Of a DNA stretch of 64,000 nucleotides, positions 39,361-48,079 are shown piece after piece. The position numbers and the translations under genes were made by a program. Positions within the stretch are counted from its first letter, which is position 1. Every line of letters begins with the position of its first letter. This stretch comes from an uncultured virus (IMG/VR IMGVR_UViG_3300037631_006629) (Duplodnaviria; Heunggongvirae; Uroviricota; Caudoviricetes). The notes beneath the pieces were generated by a model. The model worked only from the letters and a program-made list of their open reading frames with translations, was not told the origin of the DNA and made no database searches. The DNA is taken from positions 1-64,000 of the IMG/VR virus record IMGVR_UViG_3300037631_006629; one strand, written 5' to 3'.

Positions 39361-41232
39361 TTAAACATCAAAATTTATTTGACTTAGTATGTCTTTTATG
39401 CTTTTTTGAAAATAAGGAGCACTTTCTTCTCCACTTATATTTAGTCTTCTACTTTGTGTATTTGCTTTTGCATTTATGTCATTAGCTATACTTAGAATTT
39501 CTTGAAAGCGTTTGTCTTTTTTATTCTGCAAGCTTAGATTATTCATTATTGTTATAACTAAAGTAGAATTATAAAAATAACGCTTGTCTGTTGTTGTTTT
39601 TTTATTCTTCTCCGCCTCAGTAGGCACAGTTCCTCCTTTCTTTTGAGTGGGAGGATCAGGATTATACTTGATTATTTTTTTTCCTTCTATTACAAAAGCG
39701 TCTATTATTCTAATTTTGTTTTCGTCACTGAATATTTGTGTTTGCGGGTAATTATTAATTACTGAAGAGCTGACGATTGCTTTTACAGCATTGACAAATT
39801 TCTTTTTTTCATTTTCGCCATTCAATATAATTTCTGCAGGAATAACAATTTTATTGTCAATAAAATCAAAATAATCTTCTGCATTTTTAGACCAAGCATT
39901 AAACATATCATTATAAGAACTTTGTACATCAATGTTGCGATAGCTTTGTGTTACTATTTCATTATTGTTTATTTCTTTCATGCTAATAGTTTTTTTACTG
40001 TCTGTTAGCTTCAAGCTTGAATTTGTATCTGCTTTTATACTACTTACAAAATCTTCTACACTATCATACCTTATTTCAAATCTATTAATTTTTATATTTT
40101 TGTTAGAAATTTCCCAACTAACTTTAAACAAACCAATGCTATTAAATTGTAGATTTTCATATTCATCGTTGTTATTTATTACTTTTAATATAGAATTTAA
40201 AAAGTGTATGGTGTTAGTTGAAATAGAATTAGTATCAAAACCTGATATAGAGCTTTCATGGTGTGTTTTTAAATCAATTATACTACCACGGTTATTAGAT
40301 CCTAACATTAAAAAGTCAAAACCGCAATTGTGTTGTATTGAATTAGCGTCAATTATTTCAATGTTATTTTCGTCATCAAATAATGTTTTTCCAATCTTTT
40401 CTTTTCTAGGTAAGCCTATAACTTTTGCCTTGTGCATCTTTAACATATTTTCATAATTAATAGCATCAAAATTATATCCAGAAATTTTATTAAAAGATTC
40501 TGAAAAATTCATTTTACTATAATTACGTCTTCCGTCATATTTTAATAATATTGTAATAATTGAAGCAATTTTTTCTTTTGAAGAGCTTGATCTTAAATTT
40601 ATTTCATCATTGTCTGAGTATATACTCATTAGCAAATCTTCAAAATAAAATCCTGCATTTCGTTTAATAAATGCAGAACGACTAACTAATTGTTCAAAGT
40701 CACGACTTATACTTACATTAACTTCAGGTGGATCTCTATCTTCTTTTTTACCAGTATAATTTCCTGGTGTTGTCATTTCAAAGAAGTCACATTCAAATTT
40801 ACTTATGTTGCGTTCTTCTTGAAATTGCCAGACTGGTTTTTTTATTTCCATACCAGAAATTTTATGCACTAAACTTCTTATAAAAGAAGAAAATTTATTA
40901 ATAGAAAATTCTTCTGTTCTAGTAATCTGTTCAAACAAAAAAGAAAATTCTTTCTTAATTGAATTTTTTAATGTAACTGTCTCGTTTAATTTGTCATTTT
41001 TTAACTCTTCTAATAGACAACAAATTAATAAAATTTCTTTAAAACTTAAGTAATTATAGCTGCTGTTGTTTTCCATATTAAATATTATTTCATTGTTTTC
41101 AATACTTCTAAAAAACAAATCAATATCATTTAAACTAACTGTAGCATTACTTAAACTTATTGGGGTACTTGACATTTGAAATTCATTTAGTAGATTTAAA
41201 GAATTTTTTAAACTATAAGATTTTTTATTCAT
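39361..41232 (-). CDS. Leader-bearing protein with possible PD-(D/E)xK nuclease motif
   Basis: GFYFEDLL...GFDFL...IIDLKT; LLNE, KLNE, LFEQ near N-terminus. Confidence 0.45.
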   Translation of the reverse strand: MNKKSYSLKNSLNLLNEFQMSSTPISLSNATVSLNDIDLFFRSIENNEIIFNMENNSSYNYLSFKEILLICCLLEELKNDKLNETVTLKNSIKKEFSFLFEQITRTEEFSINKFSSFIRSLVHKISGMEIKKPVWQFQEERNISKFECDFFEMTTPGNYTGKKEDRDPPEVNVSISRDFEQLVSRSAFIKRNAGFYFEDLLMSIYSDNDEINLRSSSSKEKIASIITILLKYDGRRNYSKMNFSESFNKISGYNFDAINYENMLKMHKAKVIGLPRKEKIGKTLFDDENNIEIIDANSIQHNCGFDFLMLGSNNRGSIIDLKTHHESSISGFDTNSISTNTIHFLNSILKVINNNDEYENLQFNSIGLFKVSWEISNKNIKINRFEIRYDSVEDFVSSIKADTNSSLKLTDSKKTISMKEINNNEIVTQSYRNIDVQSSYNDMFNAWSKNAEDYFDFIDNKIVIPAEIILNGENEKKKFVNAVKAIVSSSVINNYPQTQIFSDENKIRIIDAFVIEGKKIIKYNPDPPTQKKGGTVPTEAEKNKKTTTDKRYFYNSTLVITIMNNLSLQNKKDKRFQEILSIANDINAKANTQSRRLNISGEESAPYFQKSIKDILSQINFDV

Positions 41233-41594
41233 CTTTTACCACCACTATACACTTTTGCAAAGCCTTCAGATATTAATTTGCCATTATAGCTATTTTCGAA
41301 CTCAAGTTTATCTTCTTCAATTTCCCATATTGTACCTAGCCATCTTCCGAATTTACCTTTTTTTGCAGTATGAAGCATAACTTTTTTACCAAGAATTTTT
41401 TCTCTTAGCCAATCACGTGTTTCATATCCTTTTTTCTTTTCTTCTAAGTCTTTAGTTCTAATTTCAGGTGTGTCAATACCTACGAGTCTGACTTTGATTC
41501 TTGCTGATAGCTTAAAACCTAAGTCTACAACGCATGTACATGTATCACCATCGTAAACTTTAACAACTTCAGCAATATAATAATATGGTTTCAT
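41229..41594 (-). CDS. Thermonuclease (SNase-like)
   Basis: VYDGDT, VRLVGIDTPE, GKFGRWLG, LISEGFA. Confidence 0.92.
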   Translation of the reverse strand: MKPYYYIAEVVKVYDGDTCTCVVDLGFKLSARIKVRLVGIDTPEIRTKDLEEKKKGYETRDWLREKILGKKVMLHTAKKGKFGRWLGTIWEIEEDKLEFENSYNGKLISEGFAKVYSGGKR

Positions 41595-41607
41595 TTTACC
41601 TCTCTAG

Positions 41608-41629
41608 ATTCATATTTATAAATATGAAT
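41608..41629. promoter_or_regulatory. Perfect 22-bp palindrome between divergent genes
   Basis: ATTCATATTTA|TAAATATGAAT. Confidence 0.55.
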
Positions 41630-41648
41630 TATAAAAGGTATTATATAA

Positions 41649-42209
41649 ATGTCTAGTCTAATAAAAGCTTATATTAAAGTATACTTAAATGAAAATAATT
41701 TACAGACAGCTGTAAAAAGTATGACAGAAGATATTAAAGTGCAAGATGTTATTGACACTTTAAAAGGAGATATTTCAAAAAAAAGATTTAAAAAAATAGG
41801 CTTAGGAATATTTAAATTTTGTTCTTTAGGCACCTTAGATGTATTTGATGCTATAAGTGATGTAGGTGAGATAGTTGATCCATCTGGTGCAATAAAAGAT
41901 ACTGTTCTTGATGCTTTAGTTCAAAAAGCAGGAAGTATGGGTCTTGCTAAAACAATAGACAGTCTAAGGCCTAAAAAGCAAACACAAAAAAATGAGCCTT
42001 TAAATATCGACCCATACTACTCAAATATAATAGACGACAAAATAGAAAAAAAGTTCATCGTCTATTATATTGGTGAACTAGAAAAATCAAAAAACATGAA
42101 ATTAAAAGATTTTATTTTACAACGTGGTGATATTTCAAGTATACTTGAAATATGGTTAAAAGATAATTTTGGAGGAAGAAGTTTAAATACACAAGAAAAA
42201 AAAGATTAG
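41649..42209 (+). CDS. Hypothetical protein with packaging-type leader
   Basis: MSSLIKAYIKVYLNE. Confidence 0.7.
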   Translation: MSSLIKAYIKVYLNENNLQTAVKSMTEDIKVQDVIDTLKGDISKKRFKKIGLGIFKFCSLGTLDVFDAISDVGEIVDPSGAIKDTVLDALVQKAGSMGLAKTIDSLRPKKQTQKNEPLNIDPYYSNIIDDKIEKKFIVYYIGELEKSKNMKLKDFILQRGDISSILEIWLKDNFGGRSLNTQEKKD

Positions 42210-42225
42210 TCTTTAATTTTTTTTA

Positions 42226-42564
42226 TTATTTTTTCTTTTTAGCTTTTGATTTTTTAACTACAGCCCATGCCTTAGAAGGATTTGCTGAATTAACTCTTGC
42301 GTGTGCCCATTGATGTTGTGACATGCCTTTTCTACTACCACTAGTTGCCCAAGCAGCCAAACCTTTTCTATACTCAGCATAAACAGAGCCAGGAGTTAAT
42401 CCACGTTTTTCAGCTTTCTTTTTTAAAGTAGCTTTAGTAGTATCTGATAATTTTCCTGATGAAGAGCTCTTTTTCTTTTTACTGGATTTTCTTTTCTTTT
42501 TTTTACGTGCTTCGTCAATTAATGCTTCTCTAATAAATTCTTCTAATAAAAATAAATCATTCAT
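42226..42564 (-). CDS. Small basic protein with packaging-type leader
   Basis: MNDLFLLEEFIREALIDE; LKKKAEK...YRKGLAAW...QWAHARVNS module. Confidence 0.75.
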   Translation of the reverse strand: MNDLFLLEEFIREALIDEARKKKKRKSSKKKKSSSSGKLSDTTKATLKKKAEKRGLTPGSVYAEYRKGLAAWATSGSRKGMSQHQWAHARVNSANPSKAWAVVKKSKAKKKK

Positions 42565-42573
42565 GTTACTACT

Positions 42574-42861
42574 CTACTTTTTTGAATCATGTCTTGGGAC
42601 GTTTTTAAATCCTTTTTTCTTACGTTCAGACTTTTCCATTCTGTCACGCATCTTGTAAGCTCTTTGCCGATCAGCTTCGCTGTCACTCTTAGCAAGTCTA
42701 GTTGCTGTGTCTAGTTTCTTTCTTCTTTTACCTTTTGCCTTATACTGGCTTGGATATTTAGTACTTTTCTTTTTAGACTTTCGCTTTTTGCGCTTTTTCT
42801 TACGAGCTTCGTCTATCAAAGCTTCTTTTATAAATTCTTCTAATAAAAACAAATCGTTCAT
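42574..42861 (-). CDS. Small highly basic protein with the same leader
   Basis: MNDLFLLEEFIKEALIDE; K/R-rich. Confidence 0.75.
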   Translation of the reverse strand: MNDLFLLEEFIKEALIDEARKKKRKKRKSKKKSTKYPSQYKAKGKRRKKLDTATRLAKSDSEADRQRAYKMRDRMEKSERKKKGFKNVPRHDSKK

Positions 42862-42886
42862 AATAACCTCTTGTCTATAATAATTA

Positions 42887-43279
42887 TTACTTATTTTTAG
42901 TTTTATTCATTCTTTGCGTTTTTCTTTTAGACGCTTCTTTTCTTTTTTTTGCATAATCATATGCTTTTTTAAGTCTAGCTTTTACTTTTGTGTCTTTTGC
43001 ATTTTTATAAGCAGCTCTTACTCTTTGATGAATTAAGTTAATTATTTGCGATTGTCTTGCATGAGATTTAGATTTAAAAGTCTTTTTAGATAAAGTATCT
43101 CTAATATCAGTCACAGTTCTAAATTTAACGCTAACAGTGTCTTTAGGATTTTCGTCTGTGTATAATCTTCTGTCACTTCCTTTTGGCTTTTTTCCAGTTC
43201 CAACTTTAGGGTCTGCTTTTTTCTTTTTTTTAGCTTCTTGAATTAAAATTTCAAGAATATAATTTTCTAAACTATTCAC
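42887..43279 (-). CDS. Small basic protein with leader
   Basis: ILEILIQE; GTGKKPKGSDRRLYTDENPKDTV module. Confidence 0.75.
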   Translation of the reverse strand: MNSLENYILEILIQEAKKKKKADPKVGTGKKPKGSDRRLYTDENPKDTVSVKFRTVTDIRDTLSKKTFKSKSHARQSQIINLIHQRVRAAYKNAKDTKVKARLKKAYDYAKKRKEASKRKTQRMNKTKNK

Positions 43280-43601
43280 TTTCTTTCATTCCAAAATCAA
43301 TACAACACTGTGGAAAACTTTGTTCTACTTTTTTACCTATGTCAACCATTACAAAATTAACTTTAGTATCTTTTTTATCACCATCGAATCTAACGTTTCT
43401 ATTGTTTAAATCAGCTGAAACAACATTGCCTTGAAAGATTTCATTTTTTTTAGCATTAAATTTTTTAGTACTTGCTGCTTTAGCACAACCTCCGCAACAA
43501 ATTTTTATTTTTACTTTTTGCCCAGCTTTATACTTGACATCTGTAAATTTGTTTTCATTTAAAAATATTCGCCACTCGTTTAAAATTTCTTTTGTTTTCA
43601 T
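43272..43601 (-). CDS. Leader-bearing SH3-like protein
   Basis: MKTKEILNEWRIFLNE; YKAGQKVKI; Cys pairs. Confidence 0.65.
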   Translation of the reverse strand: MKTKEILNEWRIFLNENKFTDVKYKAGQKVKIKICCGGCAKAASTKKFNAKKNEIFQGNVVSADLNNRNVRFDGDKKDTKVNFVMVDIGKKVEQSFPQCCIDFGMKESE

Positions 43602-43909
43602 TTGTATTTTCTCACATTTATTATTAGATTTGTTCCGTTTTTATTAACTATACGGTGCCATGTTTCTTTAGGTATTTTAAAAATAGAACCTTTCTGCATT
43701 AACTGGGGCAGCTCATTGTCTCTCTGTACGTACCAGCCGTCACCTTCAACTAAAAAAATGTCACGATCTTCTTTATCCCTATGCCAAATAAGCTCTTCTT
43801 CACACAAGTCTTTACAAAAACTTCTTTGTACAATAAAATAAGTAGGAGTTTCTTCTATGATAGTCTCCTTAAATACTTGTTTGTAATCATAAACAGTTTT
43901 TTCTCTCAT
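43598..43909 (-). CDS. Cupin-like protein
   Basis: WHRDKEDR...EG.GW...IPKETWHRIV; TAATG coupling. Confidence 0.7.
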   Translation of the reverse strand: MREKTVYDYKQVFKETIIEETPTYFIVQRSFCKDLCEEELIWHRDKEDRDIFLVEGDGWYVQRDNELPQLMQKGSIFKIPKETWHRIVNKNGTNLIINVRKYK

Positions 43910-44538
43910 TACCACCACCCAGGAATGTTTCTTCCAAATAACTTTGTAGCTCTACACGACCAATATCCAGCTTTAGTCTTGTCTTTTTTCTCGCTGCATT
44001 TGTGTCTATCACCAAAAGACTTCCTCCTTTTTTTATGGGCTTCGCTTTTTCCCATAGCCATAGACATTGAAGATCCAAAAGTAACTTTTTTAACTTTAAT
44101 TCTTCCTTTTTTATCTTTTTTTCCAGAATTAACAAAAACAACAGCCTTGCCGTTTCCTGCTCTTTTAACACCGGCTTTTCCTAGTTTAACTTTTTTACCT
44201 TGATACTCAGCTTCAGCGATTATGTCATCTTCTAAATAATAGTCTTCTAATAAAAATGGGTAATCTAGTGGAACCATTTGACCTTCGTAGCTAGCCCATT
44301 GTCCTACTTCAAGCTCTTTTATGTACATTTTATCAATTTCATGTAGTAAGTTTATTTTACCACTTTCATATAATTTTCTAGCTTCATTAAATAAGTTAAA
44401 ATATTCTTTTGAGCCTCTTCTGTATACATTAGTGCTAATAGGTATATTTTCTTTAATATGAAACTTAAGTCCTTCTGATAGTAAATTCTCCTCTGACTTT
44501 ACTATTTCAACAACATAATCTTTTAAATTTATAGTCAT
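43909..44538 (-). CDS. Two-module protein with basic C-terminal domain after an IAE site
   Basis: LLSEG; IIAEAEYQGKKVKL...KKVTFG...RRKSF..RHKC...AGYWSC. Confidence 0.7.
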   Translation of the reverse strand: MTINLKDYVVEIVKSEENLLSEGLKFHIKENIPISTNVYRRGSKEYFNLFNEARKLYESGKINLLHEIDKMYIKELEVGQWASYEGQMVPLDYPFLLEDYYLEDDIIAEAEYQGKKVKLGKAGVKRAGNGKAVVFVNSGKKDKKGRIKVKKVTFGSSMSMAMGKSEAHKKRRKSFGDRHKCSEKKDKTKAGYWSCRATKLFGRNIPGWW

Positions 44539-44560
44539 GTTTTTCCTTGTTAATTTGTGC

Positions 44561-44589
44561 GTGTATTTTTTAATAATAAATATTATAAT
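44561..44589 (+). promoter_or_regulatory. sigma70-type promoter upstream of uvsE
   Basis: GC-GTGTAT-N17-TATAAT. Confidence 0.65.
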
Positions 44590-44613
44590 AATATAAAAAA
44601 AAGGTTTATTATA

Positions 44614-45525
44614 ATGAATAGATTTGGATATGCATGCATTAATATGAAATTGAGAGAAAAAGGTATTTTTAATTCTAGAACAATGCGCAAAAAAACATTT
44701 CTAACAAAAGGTTTACCTTATGCTTCACAGCTAGTCTTGCAAAATGTAAAAGACCTTTTACCTATATATAACTGGAATTATAAGAATAATGTCAAAGTTT
44801 TTCGAATGTCTTCTGAAATTACTCCATGGGCTTCTGAATATGAATTGCATGATTTACCCGACTACGAAGAAATTTGTCATTACCTGAAAATTGCAGGTGA
44901 TTATACAAAAGTTATTGGTCAACGTGTTTCATTTCACCCCGGACAATTTAACTGTCTAGCTTCAGAAAAAGATTATGTTGTTGATAACTGTATTAAAGAT
45001 TTAGAAATTCACGGCAAGCTGTTTGATCTTATGGGTCTAGACCAAAACCACTGGTCTAAAATTAATATACACTTAGGGTCGACTTGTGGTGGGGATCTTC
45101 AAAAAGCAGCAGACAACTTCAATAAAAACTTTATGCGCTTGTCTGACTCTGTAAAGTCTAGACTTACTGTAGAGAATGATGATAAACCTGCTATGTTTAG
45201 CACAAAGTTTCTATATGACAATATCTACAAGGTATCTGGTGTGCCTATTGTGTTTGATTCACATCACTTCGAAATTGGCCCGCAAGATGTAGACTATGTC
45301 TCTAGTTTCCAGATGGCATATGACTCATGGCCAAAAGGTATACGCCCAACTTGTCATCATTCAAACGGCAAAAAAGTGTATGAAGATAAAACTATTAGTT
45401 CAAAAGCTGCACACTCTAATTACTACTATAAAAAATTTAATAGCTGTGGCAAATCAGTTGACGTCATGTTAGAAGCAAAAGCTAAAGAAAGAGCTCTTAA
45501 GAAATACTTAAAAGATTTTTGTTAA
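44614..45525 (+). CDS. uvsE: UV DNA damage endonuclease
   Basis: GYACIN, FRMSS, RVSFHPGQF, INIH, RLTVENDD, VFDSHH, MLEAKAKE; likely start MNRFG. Confidence 0.93.
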   Translation: MNRFGYACINMKLREKGIFNSRTMRKKTFLTKGLPYASQLVLQNVKDLLPIYNWNYKNNVKVFRMSSEITPWASEYELHDLPDYEEICHYLKIAGDYTKVIGQRVSFHPGQFNCLASEKDYVVDNCIKDLEIHGKLFDLMGLDQNHWSKINIHLGSTCGGDLQKAADNFNKNFMRLSDSVKSRLTVENDDKPAMFSTKFLYDNIYKVSGVPIVFDSHHFEIGPQDVDYVSSFQMAYDSWPKGIRPTCHHSNGKKVYEDKTISSKAAHSNYYYKKFNSCGKSVDVMLEAKAKERALKKYLKDFC

Positions 45526-45585
45526 AATATAATTTATAAATTGTATCTAATTATAATATAATAATACTAACTTAATGAGGATATA

Positions 45586-46656
45586 ATGAAAATATTAAAT
45601 AACAAGGCAATAAGTTTTGATGATATTGTTTTAATACCACAACATTCTGACATAAATTCTAGAAGCGAAATTAATACTACCGTAAAAATAGCTCATGAAA
45701 ACAATACTGAGACATCTTTTAAGATACCTATAATTAGCAGTCCAATGTCAACAGTTACAGAAGCACACATGTGTAACGCAATTAGAAGTCAAGGAGGCTT
45801 AGGGATTATTCACAGATACAATACGATTGAATATCAGACTAGACTTTTAAGTTTTGTAAGCGACAATGAAACAAAGGCAGCTGCAATTGGAGTTTCTGGT
45901 GACTTTAAAGAAAGACTTTCATCTCTAGTGGAAAAAGGATTAAAGATTGTATGTATTGATATTGCTCATGGTGATCACAAATTAATGGAAAACGCTATCG
46001 AATTTGTAAGATCAGAGTATAATGATTTATTTGTGATTGCTGGAAATGTTGCAACTGGTTCAGGATACAAAAGATTAGCTTATGCAGGAGCTCATGGAAT
46101 ACGAACTTCTGTAGGCAGCGGAAGCATATGTACTACAAGAATTCAAACGGGACATGGCATGCCAACTCTGAGTGCAATTATTGAAATTTCCAAAGCAAAA
46201 AAAGAGTTAATAACAGAGCTAAATTATACTTCAAAAAGCTTGCCTTTTGTAATAGCTGATGGTGGCATTAAGAATAGCGGTGACATAGTAAAGTCTCTTG
46301 CAGCAGGAGCTGACTTTGTAATGTTAGGATCAATGTTAAGCGGGACAAAAGAAACGCCTGGAAAGATTATTTTAAATAGTGAAGGAAATAAAATAAAAAG
46401 ATACAATGGAATGGCTTCAAAGTTAGCTCAAAAAAACTGGAAAGGATCTTACTCTTCTATAGAAGGTGTAAGCTCTTATGTAAATTACAAAGGAACTGTT
46501 TCGAAAGTAATAAACGAAATAATGTCAAACGTAAGAAGTGGCATGTCTTATACAGGAGCTAGATCACTAAAAGAGTTAAGAGAAGAAGCTATTGCTATTA
46601 TTCAAACTAATTCTTCACATTCAGAAGGTAACCCACATATTTTTAATAGAAGGTAA
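45586..46656 (+). CDS. IMPDH/GMP reductase family, probably GMP reductase
   Basis: FDDIVLIP, SSPMSTVTE, DIAHG, AGNVAT, GSGSICTTR, ADGGI, GMAS, EGV; no CBS domains, no flap Arg-Tyr. Confidence 0.85.
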   Translation: MKILNNKAISFDDIVLIPQHSDINSRSEINTTVKIAHENNTETSFKIPIISSPMSTVTEAHMCNAIRSQGGLGIIHRYNTIEYQTRLLSFVSDNETKAAAIGVSGDFKERLSSLVEKGLKIVCIDIAHGDHKLMENAIEFVRSEYNDLFVIAGNVATGSGYKRLAYAGAHGIRTSVGSGSICTTRIQTGHGMPTLSAIIEISKAKKELITELNYTSKSLPFVIADGGIKNSGDIVKSLAAGADFVMLGSMLSGTKETPGKIILNSEGNKIKRYNGMASKLAQKNWKGSYSSIEGVSSYVNYKGTVSKVINEIMSNVRSGMSYTGARSLKELREEAIAIIQTNSSHSEGNPHIFNRR

Positions 46657-46659
46657 AAC

Positions 46660-47859
46660 ATGCCAACAAAAATAGTTTTAGGTCTTCAACATGGAGACGA
46701 AGGTAAAGGAAGAGTTGTAGATGACTTAGTTCAGACTTGGGCTGACGTAGTTGTAAGGTTTCAAGGAGGAGGAAATGCAGGTCATACAGTTTATGATAAA
46801 GAAGGAAATAAGTTTGTAACACATATTTTACCGGTAGGCGTTTTAAATAAAAGTAAATTTAATTTCATAGCTAAAGGTTGTGTAATCAACATTATCGATT
46901 TATTTAAAGAAATAAAAGAATTAAACGTATTGCCTGAAAATCTATTAATTTCAGGCAACTGTCCTTTAATAGAACCTACTCATTTAATCAAAGATAAGAT
47001 TAAGTATCAAGGCAAGTTAGGTACTACAGGAAGAGGAATTGGCCCAGCTTACTCTGAGTTTTATGCAAGAGATTCTATACTTTTTAAAGATTTTATTAAA
47101 AGTCCAAAAGAAGTAGCTATTAAAATACAAGACAAATTTTTTGACTATCAAACATTTTTAGCTGAATTAGGTATTGAAGGAAATTCTGATGTAATAGAAG
47201 AAAACTTTAGATTATTTAATAAATGGTTTAATGAATATAACAAAGCACATAAATTATTAGAAGCTTACCTTTGTAGCAACGAAAATATTATACAAGAAAT
47301 ATACAGTAGAAATTCTAATATTCTTTTAGAAGGAGCTCAAGGAAGTGGTCTAAGTATATATTCAAACAACTACCCAGATGTTACATCTTCATCACCTTCA
47401 GTCGGTGAAGCTTTAAACTCTACTGGTCTTAATCATAAACAAATTGACGAAGTAATCGGCGTAATAAAGTCTTATAAAACAAAAGTAGGAAGTGGATCTT
47501 TTCCTAGCAGATGTGATCCTGTTTCTGAAGATGTTTTGTCAAAAATTGGTAAAGAATTTGGAGCAACAACCGGTCGACCTAGAAAGTGCGGCTGGCTAGA
47601 TCTAGATGAAGTTATAGATGCAGTCAACATAAACGGTGTAGATCATATATGTGTTATAAAATCAGATGTTTTTTGCAACATAAAAGAACCTTACGTTTAC
47701 CATGAAAAAGAGCTTAAATCTATATCTAAAATAAACTCTGTTTCTCTTGAAGACAGCGCTTTTGTAGATTTATTAAATATTATTAAAACAAAAACAGGCG
47801 TCAACAAAGTGTCATTTACAACAGGACCAAAAAGAGGAGAAATAGTTTGGAATGTTTAA
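46660..47859 (+). CDS. purA: Adenylosuccinate synthetase
   Basis: GLQHGDEGKG, GGGNAGHT, GTTGRGIGPAY, EGAQG, EFGATTGRPRKCGWLD. Confidence 0.95.
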   Translation: MPTKIVLGLQHGDEGKGRVVDDLVQTWADVVVRFQGGGNAGHTVYDKEGNKFVTHILPVGVLNKSKFNFIAKGCVINIIDLFKEIKELNVLPENLLISGNCPLIEPTHLIKDKIKYQGKLGTTGRGIGPAYSEFYARDSILFKDFIKSPKEVAIKIQDKFFDYQTFLAELGIEGNSDVIEENFRLFNKWFNEYNKAHKLLEAYLCSNENIIQEIYSRNSNILLEGAQGSGLSIYSNNYPDVTSSSPSVGEALNSTGLNHKQIDEVIGVIKSYKTKVGSGSFPSRCDPVSEDVLSKIGKEFGATTGRPRKCGWLDLDEVIDAVNINGVDHICVIKSDVFCNIKEPYVYHEKELKSISKINSVSLEDSAFVDLLNIIKTKTGVNKVSFTTGPKRGEIVWNV

Positions 47860-48079
47860 TTTTAAAAAAGGAGACTTAATACAGTTTAAAATTTCTAAAG
47901 AACTCTGTATTATAATTGACGATTTTGATCAAGAAAAATTTGAAGCTTTAAATACAACTGTAGTTTCTAATATGTCTAGAAAAATATTAACGTTTACAGA
48001 AAGAGGTCCTGAAATTAATTTTACACCAAACTTTAATATAGCTTTAATTAAAAGTGAAAAGGAAGAAAATGATACCTAG
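47852..48079 (+). CDS. Small SH3-like hypothetical protein
   Basis: FKKGDLI; overlaps purA and purB. Confidence 0.55.
   Translation: MFNFKKGDLIQFKISKELCIIIDDFDQEKFEALNTTVVSNMSRKILTFTERGPEINFTPNFNIALIKSEKEENDT

Noticed and set aside
46660..47859. PurZ / diaminopurine (Z-genome) pathway
   Set aside because: The active site is GDEGKG (Asp, PurA type), not the Ser-containing PurZ motif; the TTGRPR loop is canonical; no dATPase or MazZ-like gene seen in the window.
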